NCBI GenBank assembly: GCA_903813345.2
Contig: CAIIXF020000001.1
Span: 14,756,001 to 14,820,000, forward strand
Source of the DNA: Owenia fusiformis
Lineage: Eukaryota
DNA: 64,000 nt
Direction of reading: 5' to 3'
Shown: positions 36,601-49,500 of the stretch, in pieces
How the letters are laid out: each line of letters starts with the position of its first letter
How positions within the stretch are numbered: position 1 is the stretch's first letter
The notes under the pieces: model-generated
The model's input: the letters and a program-made list of their open reading frames with translations, nothing else
Database searches by the model: none
What the model was told of the DNA's origin: nothing
Translations under genes and position numbers: made by a program

Positions 36601-39600
36601 GGTAGCTATCTGACTTGGCTAGACTTGGCTATCGTTATTCTTTCCTTTTTATGTCCCCACCACATAGTGTGGAGCCATATTGTCGGCCTAAGCTCGTTCG
36701 TCTGTTTGTCCGTCCATCCACCTGTCCGGCAGTTTTCTCCAAAACAGCTAGAGATATCACCTGAAGATTTTCAGGGATAACTTATGAGTGCATAGTGCAT
36801 ACAGATGTGGATAAAACTTTTTTAACTCGATCTCTACTTCCTGTTGGCCATTTTGAAGTCAAATGCTAAAATCCCTGTCTGCAAACTATAAGAAAAGCGG
36901 CTTCACACATTGGTGATTCACTCGATTACGCTGGTTAACGAAAGAAAAAAGAAAAGTCGTATCTTCGAGGTTCCGACATTTTATTACCGTTTCTTGAACC
37001 AGCGTAATCGAGTGGATCACTAGTGTTCACAGTTGCTTTTCAAACTTTAACATCTTGTTCAGCTCACTTCATTCTACATCTGAATAGGGGTTGGACCTGT
37101 TAGCTCAGTCATTTTCACTTTAACTATTTAGCAGCTTTATAAATAATTTAAGGTGTGATATGTTGTAAAAGACTATGTTATTGTTAAACAGTAGTTGTAT
37201 GCAATAATTTTGTAAAAAGAAATCAGCAAAAACTACTTTTTTATTGCCGGTGTAAAAGGGTAGGAGGTCCTATCAAATTATGGTCCTTCTCTCCATTGAT
37301 TTATATGGTGACCTAAATACAACTCTTTCCCTTATCTTATACACAATCAGGGCCAGTAAGGGCAGTTTAGAAAGGGGACCATAATCCCCAGGGGACCATA
37401 ATTTCTTTCACACCGGCCATTTTGGATTTTTCCACCCTAAAATCTTGTCTGTAAATGGGGATTTCCAAAATTCAAACGCAAATATCTTTGGAAATACAGT
37501 AGGTAATATGTAGGTAAAAGAAAAAAATTTACCCTTCTTATTTTGATGATAATCATATTATTGTAACATCTTAAGAATATGGGTTTTGTTACTCTAGATC
37601 TGTTCTGCAGGGGATCTTTTGAAGATTGATAGATTAACATGAGGCTCAATATAGGTTTTTATAGTTTTTAATGGCTAAATAAATTAAAACTTAAGGAATT
37701 TTCAGAAATATGTCTGTTTGATCTTTTAAAATCAAAGTATTAACTATAGAAATCTACAATATAAGAAAATTTCAAAGTGGGCTTTTTGAGAAAAGGACAC
37801 TTTAGTAAAGCTATATTGATAGCGGTTTATAATGGCACTCAATGGGGATTTTCTAGAATTTAAATGCCAATATCTTTGGAACTAGGAAAAAGAAAAAATT
37901 TAACCCTTCTTATTTTGAAGATAATCATGTTCTTGTAACATACTGCATGTGCTGGGAATATGGGTTTTACTACCCTGCGTGCAGAGTCTAGTTAAACTAC
38001 AACGAAGAAGACAAAGTTCTCTTTTAAGAAGTGAAGTCAAACGAATGCAAACAGGGTAGGGTTTTACCGTTTTTTAACTTTTCTGCAGGGGGTCCTGTGA
38101 AGATTGATAAATTAACAAGGGGCTCAATATACGGTTTTTAATATTATAGTTTTAAAGGCTAAATACATATTAAAGTAAGAAATTTTCAGAAATACGTCTT
38201 TATATAAATGTAAGTCGGCATGTATTCGACAGTTAATGTACATACATGATGTATGCATCAACGTGTGACTTAAATATCAGTTCATGACTATCATATTTGG
38301 CTTTCAAAAATTAAGTTGGAAGTTACAGTGGTAGGAGATTAACGAAAACGTCAATCACATCCAAATATCCGAACGACGTCAAGTATTAACAATACACTTT
38401 TCGTGCATCTCGAACAAGGCAAGGTTCTGTGATCCAGCAATGTGCATTCCGAAAGAAAAAATCACAAATATCAACAAATTTCTTTGAGTAGGATATTACA
38501 TTCGAAATTCACAATTTTCAAAATCTTTGTTTTAACCAAGAATTGTAAGAACTTGAAACATGTTGTTAGTTTTTCAAACCGCATATCCTCATTTACGTTC
38601 TTTCACAAGGATGAATCCATTTGAAAACAAGGATTTTCTCGATTATTCTTCAAAACTACCCTTGAAATATAAGTATGTAGGATATTACAGTGTAAATTGA
38701 CACGCATTTGTTTGCTCCATATCATGAACAAATAAATGCAGTACCATCTTTGAATATTTGAAAACAGAAAGTTAATTCTGTATGTAAACAAGAAAAAATA
38801 CATTTATGGTTGGTTCATAATGAAAAATGACAAATAACATACATCTTTTGAAGTAGGGGTATAAAGGGACACAGTGGAAAATCAGAAATTTAGGCCATAT
38901 CCCCAAGATTGCTTCACCAATATGTAACAGAACATCAAAATTATCATTTACACGTTTGCTGATAGGTGCAATTGTGGCACCATTCTTAGTAAATATTGAT
39001 GAACATACGAAAATCTAATGTTGACTAAGTTACTTGACTTGACCGTTCAATTTTTTTAGTAACAAATTTTGACATTGGAACAACGACCAAGACTCCAACC
39101 ACAACAAAACCACCAATTGCATTCAGTTGCCGAGATAAGTTAGACATCATATTGATAATCGATACGTCTCAGAGTTTGTTAAACAAAAAACAGAGAACAA
39201 GTCTAAAGGTTAGCAGAACGGCTGAAAAGGAATGGGAATATAGGCAAGGTGATAATATGACGTCTGAAAACCTCAAAACAGTCAAGGAGTTTTTGAGAGA
39301 ATTGCTCGATCTATATGTAATCGGTAAGCTTTTATGGGACTAAAAACGTATCTAGTGTCTGCTAAAATATTTAGTTGGTGCAAGTCTGAGTACGGCTACT
39401 ACGTGCAACTACAAGTAGATACTATACTAAATACAATAAAAACTGAAGGATCCATTTCCCAAGTATACTTTGAAATCAAATCTATCTTTAATCCTAGGAC
39501 ACGGTGCAACACACGTGGCAATTCTGACATTCGACGAAGAGGTTGTCTTACATCAAAAGCTTAATGACACAAAGAATAGGGAAACCACGATCCAAGCGCT

Positions 39601-42384
39601 AATGGGCATTAAAGAGTGGACTGGAAAGGGCACAAGAACTGACGAAGCTTTATTTCAAGCGAAAAAGTATGTATCAATGTTTCAACCTTATTTAGAACAA
39701 AGGTTCTGATGGTGTCACATATACATGTACATCATCACCGTTCCACAACTAGTTACTTTGACGGAACGAGTTTTTTATTTTCTCGGTTTAAACCGACTTA
39801 TAAGTCAAGTTGCAGATAATTTGGCACAAAGCTTGAAAATATAGTCTTGCTTTAATAAGTTTCTTCGATTTAAAATTTGTTTCGTTGATGAAGCTGCAAT
39901 TCATATTTAGTCCCTCGCTTTTGTTACCCTATCACACCAAACTAGTTTTCACTACGTTCTCAAAACGGGCGTCAACTGTGTACGAACGGAATGGACGTAC
40001 TTAGAACCGTTTGGGGTCTATTTACAAACTTCATCGAACGTACCCGAACGGGTAGGTCCTCTAGAACTTAGAACATGCTCAAAATGTTCTCGTTGTCGAT
40101 ACGTTCTACAATTAGAACGAGTGACAACGTACTAACGACGAGCTGGACGTACTACGAACGGAACCGTCGTACTTCAATCCTACTAGGGATGTTTTAACAA
40201 CGAGTTGAACTGTCTGAGGACGTATTGAGAACGAGGTAGAACTAATTGCAAACCGGTTTAAACTGATTAAGAACGTTTTTAAGACTGCTTATGAACGAGT
40301 TAGCAAAAATATAGCTATCACACCAACAATTAAGTTGCCACTGCGTTCTTTAAACTGGTTTTAAACTGTGTGCGAACGGAATGAACGTAGCTGCAACTTT
40401 CTAAGGTCTATTTACGAACTTCATAAACGTTCTCAAACGGGAAGGTGATTTTAGAATTTTGAAATGATTCAAAATTCGATGGCGACCATACCGTTCTGTA
40501 ATTAGATCGTGTGACAAAGTACTTCAAACGAGATGACCTACAGGAACGTAATATTAATTGCCGTACTTCAACCCTAATAGGGACGAGTTAACTTACGACG
40601 TTGTGCAATCGGATATCAATTTGTAGTGCATGTACATACCGACATGGTGCGACCTGGACGAACTAGGAATGAGATGGACGTATTATGAACGAAGTGGCTA
40701 ATTATTTTTGACATATTTCACGACCACAGCCAGACTTAGCCCGTTTTACGGATTTTTCGTAGGACTGGAAAGAACGGTTGAGAACTAGTTTGGTGTGATT
40801 GGGGCCTTACATTGACGAAAGTCTATTATATTACCAATGTATGTTACTTTGACGACTTACGTCAATGTAACAAAAGCGATGGTCTAAATGCATAAATTAC
40901 AGCTTTATTTAAAAATCAAATTCCAAACCGAGAGCAATTCTAAAAGCTATACTATATTGCCTAACTTTGTGCCAAACGATCAATCGCAACTTGCCTTATA
41001 AGTAGGTTTCAATTGAGAAAACAAAAACACGTAACAAGGAAGTTCATCCATTTTGCTACATCGACGTTCCGTCAAAGTAACTAGCTGTGGAACAATGATC
41101 ATGGCCCACCATGGTGAGGTCACCGAAACTAGATTCCAATTTCTTTAATTTCATTCGGACTTAACTATAATCAGGATCAATGTATAAACAGTAAAACATT
41201 TTTTAAAATAGAATATTGTCCTCTCGGCCTGACAATCGTCCAGAGGCTGCCGATTTAGTGATTTTGGTAACAGATGGGGTCGTAACACCATGCTGTGAAA
41301 CACATGAACGTGGATGCTGCAGGTACGAAGTGTGTAAACCGAGCATCACTGGGAACCCATGTTTGAGCAAGGATGGAGCCATAGAGGTGAGTTGAATATG
41401 CATGGACCTACATCATCAGTGCAATATATAGGGACAAAAAAGATTGGCCTTTTAAAGTAAAGTTTTTAAAAGTTCCTCACTCTGCGTTGTAAAATTAAAA
41501 ACTTTACTTTAAAATACCAATACTTTTTGTCCCTACATCTCGACACTGATGATACGCCTTGACAATATATAACCTACATAGGTTTGGCAACTGAAACCAC
41601 TTGACATTGCTATGAAAACCAAAGTTTAATAGTGTGACAATGCAGGACTGTACGTTCTTAACAACAGATGTATGCTTATTGAACAGGGCATCATCATATC
41701 TAATTATCATAATTGATTCCCTAAATTGCAAAATATATTTCAGAGAGTTACAAATGTGTCCGAAGAAATACACGCTGATTTCAAGGAGGCAACCTTCATT
41801 GTACTTTCTCTGCCTAATAAACCGGAAGTTGTAAAAAAAGCTAAAAGGAACAAGAGAGGTGTACCAAGTAAAGCGACTAAAGATATTGGTAAATATGACA
41901 ACTCTCTGGATGTTTGTGAAGTCTGTATTTTCCTCAACTACCAATTCACGATAGAAATACGACATGACAAACAGTAGTCTAAATTACCTTCCAACCTAAT
42001 CTAGTGCTATAGAGGACATACACAAATCGTTAATCAAAATGTTTAGTATGCAATGGCAGTACAACTTTTTAAGTTTTTGTAAGCCAATGGTTGGCCATCG
42101 TGGCAAGCCACGCCCTCTCCATCTCTATCCTTCTGGAGATCTGCGATGCAACAGAGAGAATGATGGTTGGCCACGTAATTACTTAATTGATGTATTGTCG
42201 TTGTTTTGTTGTTTCAGCATTTAAGATGTATAAGAATATAGTTGGCAAAGGAAATGAAATGAATATTGTGAACTTTACCAAATTTGATGAGTTAGAGCAC
42301 AGGATGAAGGATGTTAATGACAAAATATGCGAAGGGATAAAAAACAAATGTAAGGGAATAAGTTCACGTTCACTCTTAAAATGA
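27603..42384 (+). CDS. Secreted protein: signal peptide, acatalytic alpha-carbonic anhydrase (CARP-like) domain, vWA, Thr/Pro linker, vWA; ~820 aa, 17 exons
   Basis: Exons: 27603-27669, 29930-29947, 30380-30547, 32938-33071, 33536-33631, 33894-33960, 34139-34305, 34412-34577, 34711-34846, 34955-35101, 36083-36204, 36347-36601, 39060-39323, 39498-39666, 41212-41386, 41744-41888, 42218-42384 (2463 nt, open frame, all GT-AG). Signal MVSLCILAVLPLLVSS. CA motifs RQSPINI, GGLPGVYRL, YYRYNGS..PPCTE and FRPVQSLEGR. vWA1 LDVFFVIDESCS...T...VITDG; vWA2 LDIILIIDTSQS...GTRTDEAL...LVTDG. Confidence 0.88.
27806..29273 (-). mobile_element. Non-autonomous hAT element with 5-bp TSD and transposase dimerization-domain remnant (28813-~28960, minus)
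   Basis: TIRs CAGAGGCGTAGCTA / TAGCTACGCCACTG with CATGG on both flanks. Peptide IKSYLRSTMNEERLSSLAMIHIHREHDINIDTVIDMFA is typical of the hAT C-terminal dimerization domain. Confidence 0.85.
27829..28331. mobile_element. Long-TIR MITE nested in the hAT element, with its right TIR tandemly duplicated
   Basis: ~90-bp left TIR TATGGTTGGCCTATTAGTATAAAGAATG...; inverted copies at ~28137-28224 and ~28239-28331; CATTTT on both flanks. Confidence 0.85.
30813..31132. mobile_element. Tc1/mariner-type MITE
   Basis: TA|CAGGCCGGGCCGAAAAAATTGGAACATTTT...AAAATGTTCCAATTTTTTGGCCCATCCTG|TA. Confidence 0.8.
31133..32536. mobile_element. Tc1/mariner-type MITE containing a nested MITE at 31495-32440
   Basis: Outer ~90-bp inverted ends TACAGGATGATC...GATCACCCTGTA; inner TACAGTGGGGGACA...TGTCCCCACTGTA. 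Confidence 0.75.
35261..36055. mobile_element. Long-TIR (fold-back) Tc1-like MITE
   Basis: TA|CTCCTCAAAA(T/A)AAGTTAAGGACCAGTCTTTTTCCTCAT inverted ends, with the inverted match extending well over 150 bp. Confidence 0.85.
36646..36900 (+). mobile_element. Truncated HINE 5' end
   Basis: TTTTTATGTCCCCACCAC..GTGTGGAGCCATAT followed by a GTCC/GTCT microsatellite. Confidence 0.5.
36906..37027. mobile_element. Miniature inverted-repeat element (~120 bp)
   Basis: GTGATTCACTCGATTACGCTGGTT / AACCAGCGTAATCGAGTGGATCAC inverted pair. Confidence 0.7.
37450..38200. repeat. Diverged tandem duplication (~390-bp period)
   Basis: ATGGGGATTT...ATATCTTTGGAA...CCCTTCTTATTTTGA...GAAGATTGATA...GGCTCAATATA occurs twice. 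Confidence 0.7.
39736..41097. mobile_element. Transib-like palindromic non-autonomous element (second, deleted copy at 53594-53877)
   Basis: Termini CACCGTTCCACAACTAGTTACTTTGACGGAAC / GTTCCGTCAAAGTAACTAGCTGTGGAACAATG; 5-bp TSD ATCAT. Confidence 0.8.
39927..40806. mobile_element. PIF/Harbinger-like element nested in the Transib-like element
   Basis: TIR CCCTATCACACCAAACTAGTT / AACTAGTTTGGTGTGATTGGGGCC with TTA on both flanks. Removing it restores the host palindrome. Internal ~390-bp direct duplication. Confidence 0.75.
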
Positions 42385-43208
42385 CACATATTAACAATTT
42401 CTTTTGAAGCAAAAATATAGGTACGGTTGATAAATATGAATAATGAAACTGAAATCTTGTCTCTTGTTTAGAATTGCTTACTAGCAACCAATATACGAGC
42501 AATTAAAGTTATTGTATTTATTTGCTATTTGATTATCATTCTATTTATTTATTTGTATCCACAACAGACTCCAACAACCTATAGACGTTCGACCTTTACA
42601 ATTTTGGTGGCATATACTGTCTTGCCTGGTTGATTCATGATGGAACGGGATCAAAGAGCGAACATATTGAATCTATGTTGGATATTGTGCACAAAATACG
42701 CTGTGAAAGATAAATGTATGAATAAAGTAAAACTAAATATATCCTATCTTGATTTCTTGTTAACTAGTACTCGTTTTGCAAATAGGAAGTTATTGTTAGG
42801 CCTATTGTTAGTCAGGACGTAATCGCGGATATCTTTATCCATGTTAACTAGGCTACAGAATGACTAACAGATCATTGTCTGTATTTGACTTAAGATTGAA
42901 TTGCATCAAATATGAGGAAAGTAAACATGTTACCTGTGTGAAAACATAGATCTCATAGATCATTCAAATATCTAGATGGAGCCGAGTCTTTTTTGGGACA
43001 ACAGGCAATCTTAGTATACTAAGAACAGTAATTATTTCAACTTGAAAGCAAAAGGCTTGCGCTCAATGCTGTTTCATACAAAATATCAAAACAATTTCAG
43101 CTAACACCCTATATTTTCTTCGAATCTTGATCCCAGACCTAAATTTACAAACAGAAGATAGCAGAAAACGTTCATGAAAAGTTAACACTTGTGAAAAAGT
43201 TTTTTAAA

Positions 43209-43240
43209 TTTCCCGCGATCAGTAAACACATGCGCATGCG
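43209..43240 (+). promoter_or_regulatory. Candidate arginine kinase promoter motifs
   Basis: TTTCCCGC (E2F-like) and TGCGCATGCG (NRF1-like, 43231-43240), ~350 bp upstream of the ATG. Motif match only. Confidence 0.3.
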
Positions 43241-43588
43241 TAGTCGCTTAGCTACCGTATCTTGATTGAAGACCCCTTCAAATAGTGTTGAATTGTTAAT
43301 ACTTTCTAATTTATTATTGTTGTATAAAATAGGCACTCACTTCCTTGATTTCATAACTTTTCAAAGGTCAGACAAAGGTGATTTGCTCAAATTAGTAATA
43401 CTAAGATGGTCTGGTGTGGTTTACCGTAAAAATCATTTTTATAAATGCAAGTTAATTTACAGTCCTTCCAAGCGGTCCTTACTCAATCAAGAACGGGAGC
43501 GTGAATAGTGCTAAGGAAAGTCGCTGTCAGAGGTCCTGCTTATTTTCTCAAAAACCAACTGTTTAAGTTCTCAAATACACTTGTCATC

Positions 43589-46500
43589 ATGGCAGATGAA
43601 AGATACGATGAGTATGTGAAAAAATTGGAAGAAAATGAGTCGAAGTCCTTGATGAAAAAACATTTTTTGCCTAACAAAGATGCGGTGAAAGATCTGAAAA
43701 CTCCTTTGGGTGGGACAATCTGCGACTGCATAAAATCTGGTAAGTAAACTCAAAGTAGGTTCTAAACTAGAAATTTTAAATTGTTATTTTATCTGCCTTA
43801 TATCTTATATCGTTGTGAGAATAGTGTTCCTTTTACATAGCTGGTAGCTGCAAAGACTAGATTACAGTAAAATTTTAAATGGAACTACAGTCTACACCAG
43901 GAGGAGTGAGTAGCTCCCATAATTCTTTCATATTCTATCGTATTCCGGGATTCCCCATTACATCATCTCTTGCATCATCTCCAATCAAATTGCAGGATTC
44001 GATCACGTGAACAATCATGAGCACGTGCTCTCTCAGTGCTTCGCATGCGCAGAGTTAAATTTGAAATCGTTGGAATGGCGTTAACATCAGTTCAACATCA
44101 TCATTTCAAACCTACGGTAATACTATTGAAGTTACTCGATCCATACTTGTAGAGAATACTCATAAAACTACAGTGAACATTTGGAGATCCATTTCAACGG
44201 CAAATTGAGGCCTGTTTATAAAATTTGTTTTCGAACGTGCTAATATGATAGGGCATCTTTGGGAAATCTCCCCCCCTGAGTCTACACTGTACTTTGAATC
44301 ATGGGCTTTCAAGAGAAGGGTATGCAACCTTATCTTGTTCCAACGCCATTCTCTTCATTTCTGGTCTTGGAGGGGATCCATTGAAACACATGTTATTTTT
44401 CAAAAGTCGAAATTTAACGGCGTTAGGTACGCATATATTTCTTACCTCTATCTAATCGGGGAAATGCTGACTGGTTATCGCAGGGGGTAAAAAGAAAGAA
44501 GATATTCTGGATTTTGAAGCCCTGTGATCGGAGGATAGGAAAGAGTACAATTACATATACTGTAAAACGGGTATTGTTAGCGAGGGGAAATTTTTAGCGA
44601 TCGCTATAGTTTCGCTAAAAATTCAATTCGCTAAAATAAACCGGGGTTATAAACCGGGCGCTAAAATTTGCAAATTCCCGGGAAACTACATGAATACTAG
44701 TATTTAAGGAGCTTTTGTTCAGTGCTCGACTTCCGGTTTCTAATTTGAAAAAGGTAAATATTTTTAAATCGTATGTTTCTTTCAATATCTGAAGGATAAA
44801 TAGCCATCCATCCAGTTTAGTTTGGATCAATACCATGTGCGTTAGATGTCTTACATTTTGGTAATTCCTCTGTCATGTCCGTTATTCATTCTTCTGCCAT
44901 AAATGATAAAATTTCTAATGCATTTCGCTAATTTGATTTTTTTAAGATTAATCTTCATTTCGCTAAAATTTCCCGCGCTAAAACCCCCTAAAATTGAAAA
45001 ATCGCTAAAATTTCCCGGTGTCAAAATTACCCGTTTTACAGTACCTACTTCAATCACTAAAATATTAGTTTCTGATGATAGCTTTTCTTTTGCATCAGGT
45101 AAATTAAGATGAAAGGAATACCACATTGATATGTGCATGTCTGAGAAAAGTAACAACTTTTTGCATTCTTATTAGGAAACATGTTCATACCTCGATAGGA
45201 TATTACATACATGTACAGACTATACTGCTTTAGTTTGGTTGCTGATCAGATCTAGAACCCCAAATGTACAGGGAGATTTAAATGATCTTATTGTCACAAA
45301 TGATCTGCTATGACCTATTCCTTGTCATCCTGACTCGGTGACTGTTAACAAACGCATAATAACCAACAAATCAATGATGCATCATGAATCTCTGTATAAT
45401 CCAAATGCTACAAGTACATGTTAAAGTTTATAGGAAATTACAAAACAAGTCCCAGGAATTGTCAAGGCTTCCTTATATGCTATAATTAAATATAAAAATG
45501 AAGGAAGCTTTTTTAATAAAACTTTATGATAAAAATGACAGTCAAAAGAAGAAAGATACTCTTAAAAACTGTTTTTCAATGTTTTGTGCAGAGTTCTAAT
45601 AATCTCAGGAGCACTACTTTTTCAATGTTACCTCTGAGAACCTGGTCATAACAGAGTTGAACCATCCAGTATTGAATTTCTCTCCCTTCTCCCGAGTTCA
45701 ACCCAGTCTGACTCGAATATATAAATCAATTGTCTCTTGTGCCAGACTAGGGCTGTGCCGGAACCGGTTCGGACGGTTCGGAATCGGAACCGGAACTTGG
45801 TCTCACGGAATCGGAACTTTCGGAACCCCTTTTGGTTCACAAATGAAAATAATTATGTATGAGTGAGTTCGACGGCGATCATGACGATATCGTCGTCCAA
45901 GTTTGTCAGGTTAACACTTACCTTTCCTGTCAAGCAAGTTTGAATGTTTTTACGAAAGAAATAGACTCTAAAATCACTTCGACGCCAAGTATAAAAGGCA
46001 ACCAAAAATATAAACGAATACGAAACTACTCGAGGAAAATCTGTCATGGGGAAGATAATTTCTTCTAAATCAATTAATCTGATATTGTAAGAGTTAAAAT
46101 GTAATTAATTAACGCTGTTAGATTGTAAGACGTCATGGAAAAGTAAATTTATTCATTTATCTATGAGTATTTTCGCCCCGTCGATTCCTACTTCCAATGA
46201 AATCCGAAGGTCAAAGTTCGTAAAACAAAACTTGATTTCTGTTGATTTCTCCGCTATTTATTTTGTTTATGCGAGTAATACACATGCAAATTGGATGTAG
46301 TTTGAAGGAAAACATCACTGGAGGAACAATGGTCACGGATATTAACGATTCAAAGCAAGTACTAAGGTAAGGGTCCGATATTGTTCCGAAACCCTTCGGA
46401 ACATGATATTAAAATTCCGAATTCCGGTATTTTAACAAAAGTCCGCGGTTCGGACCGATTCCGGTCGAATGGCACGGCCCTATGCCAGACTGCCTCTAAG

Positions 46501-49500
46501 ACATAAGAATATAAGAATCAATGAGAGTCTTGGATCTGCAGACTTTAGAAAACTGAACTACAACCCCCCCCCCCCCCCAGTGGCCAGCCCTTTTATCATT
46601 GATTATAAATTATATGTTGATTGTCTCTGGCAAGTCATTCTTTTTCTTTCTGATCAGGAAGTATGACTCCAAATTCCTCTAAAACGCAATCTATAATATC
46701 GCCAGGTTTTGTAGTAGGCTTTGATATAATGACTCTTGAAAGCCTAGTTGTTGCCTTACCCACTTAGTAGGATTCGACTGATCAGAAGAACAAAATCAAT
46801 AGTAATAGTTTATGATAAGATAGTGAATCCAGGAGATTTTAACTTTGTTTGACCTTGTTTGATGCAACACCTAGACCAGTGATCTATTTATAGTGTGAGG
46901 TCATTATACCATTTCAACACTCCCTTGAATACTGATAAGTTGTGGAATTTGGATAGTTGAAATACTGGATAGCATTGATGCACTCATGAAAAGTCAATGG
47001 AAAAATGGGCCATGATAGAACACAGCTAACTTATTCACAAGAGAGTATGTCATAAACACTTAATAAATAAATGGTGTACATGGGGCATCAGAAGGATTTG
47101 CCAAGGGGGGAGTGGCGACTTGGATATGGATGGGTTTAGTGTAAATCTAGGGGGATTGGGGGGCATGCCCCCAGAAAATTGTCAAATTTAGACACTCTCT
47201 GGTGCATTCTGAACATATGAACATCACAGTTTTCTGATGTAGTATCCATGGAGAGAGATCCCTGCTAAATTGAAGAGTTTTTTTCATGACTATGATTTAT
47301 GAATTCCTCACCTACATCATGTCAGATATCATAACATATATGTCAGTATGTTGCTTATTGAGTTGAAATGATAATTGTCATGATGCAAGTTAATGCACAT
47401 ATTGCCTCTGCAGCAACTAATATGGATAAATGGAGCTATAATATTCAAGTCCTCACAGCCTCATATTTACTTTCCATATTGTTAAAATAATTTTAGTTTA
47501 TCAGAATTTGACACTTTTTGCTATGGTAAGGTAGCATTTCAAGGCCAAGAGTTGGAAACTATTGGCAGCATGTTTAACACAGCTTAGATATACTGTATCC
47601 TGTGTACATACTTATTAGCTTAGAATAAGGGAAACAGAGAGATGCTATGAATATCAGAATGGGTATGGACTATGATAGGAGAGATGTATCTGAATGTTAT
47701 CCTGGGATGTGGTATTCTCTTCTCAGCATTCTATACTAGGGCTATAAAATTAAATTATGGCCAATAAAATACACTGAAAATGTTTTCCCAGCTATGCATG
47801 GGTTATTGATTTTGGCCCTGTTATTCTCAGTTTATATATTGTTCCCGCATGGTGCCACACAGTGATTCTATTGACTATTCGATCTTAGACAATAAGATGA
47901 AAGTTAGCATCTTTACCAAAGTACAGTAAAACCTGCTTTTGAATAGGGCCTATATTAAACATTGGAGGTGTTGATGTATTATTAGATGTCAAGATGTTAC
48001 AAGGGATTCTATGAATGGTATGAACAGTTTATCTCCCAGTTGCCAAAGAGGGTTTGTGTAGGAGTCTAGAAGAAAATACACTAAAACCTGTATATTCGGA
48101 CACATTTTTAATCTAAACATCTCTCAAAATGAACACTTTTCTTGATCCCAATTTTGTAATCTTCGATTGACTCACATATGTAAGATACCTTGAAATGTGA
48201 ACACCTGCTAATCCAAACACCTTTTGCTCGTCCAAGTAGCATTTAGATTTGACAGGTTTTAATGTACATGTAAATGATACCGTAAACGGTAAACACATCT
48301 TGAATTAGATGTTTGTCATCTCAATCCAGGGTAGAACAATGCATATTACTCATAGAAGGATTAGGCAAAAATAGCCTCTAGTTCTTAGCGGATTTTGAAA
48401 TTCATCTGGTCGTAAGGTATTTCAAAATCATAACTGATTGAGTCAAGATAAAAAAAAAAGAATGAATATCAATGATGCTCATTAAAGAAGGGACATTAAA
48501 ATATTGGAAAGGTACACATTGATAATTCCCCCTCCCCTGCAAGCAATAGTTAAGATGCAATGCATAGAACCTAAATGCTTGTTTAGTTCAGTAAGACACA
48601 TGTTTAGAGCGTGATGTAAAACATCAGTCAGCTGCTCTGTGTATTGATATAGAAAAATTCATGTCACGAACATGTTACAATTTCTTCCTGATTTTAAGTT
48701 AATCCCCCACTTAAAACCTACATGTTTGTTATATCTTTTTGAAATTTTTCCGGTTTTCAATGTCACCTTCAGTTGTAATGTACCATAGTTGATGAACTAG
48801 GCCTGGTGCTGCAGGACCAGCTGGTAGCTTCCATGACAGTTATGTTCATTTTCTCATGCACGTCATCAGACTATTGTTTCTAATAGCTTTCAAGTACAAC
48901 ATAAAGTAGGTTACACATATAGTTACATGCCAATCTGCATGTATGCATATTGAGCCGAAGGTATGGTTCAAAATGACCTTCTAGACCGTTCAACTGTTTT
49001 AATATCCTTGCAATACATGAAGATGATTGTGAAATATATATCTGTACTTTAATAGTCATGATAGTGATTGCGAAATTAATGATAACACAACACATATATC
49101 ATCATTTATTTTTACCATCAGTTTGATGCAAATATGTTATGGTGGCTCTGACATTTTAAATTTTAGAACCCTTAAATCAAATATTAAATTGATTGTGAAC
49201 CTGTAATTTAGTATGTCTATCACAATAGAATGGAATGACTCTCAATGGCGTTGTATTTATTTGTTATTAGCAACGCAGCCACCCTTCACTCAATACTTCA
49301 TGTATGATCATAATAGCTGGCTAAAAAGATTATTGATGAAGGTATTATACGCACATAATACCTTCTTATTTGATCTTATATTGTGGCATTAATAAGTTGT
49401 ACTGGTAGTATATTGGAATTTAGGGACACTTATTTAAATCTAATGTATTCATGTGCCTTGTTTCAAGGGTAGTGTTAAAGCTGTTGTAGATACTAATACA

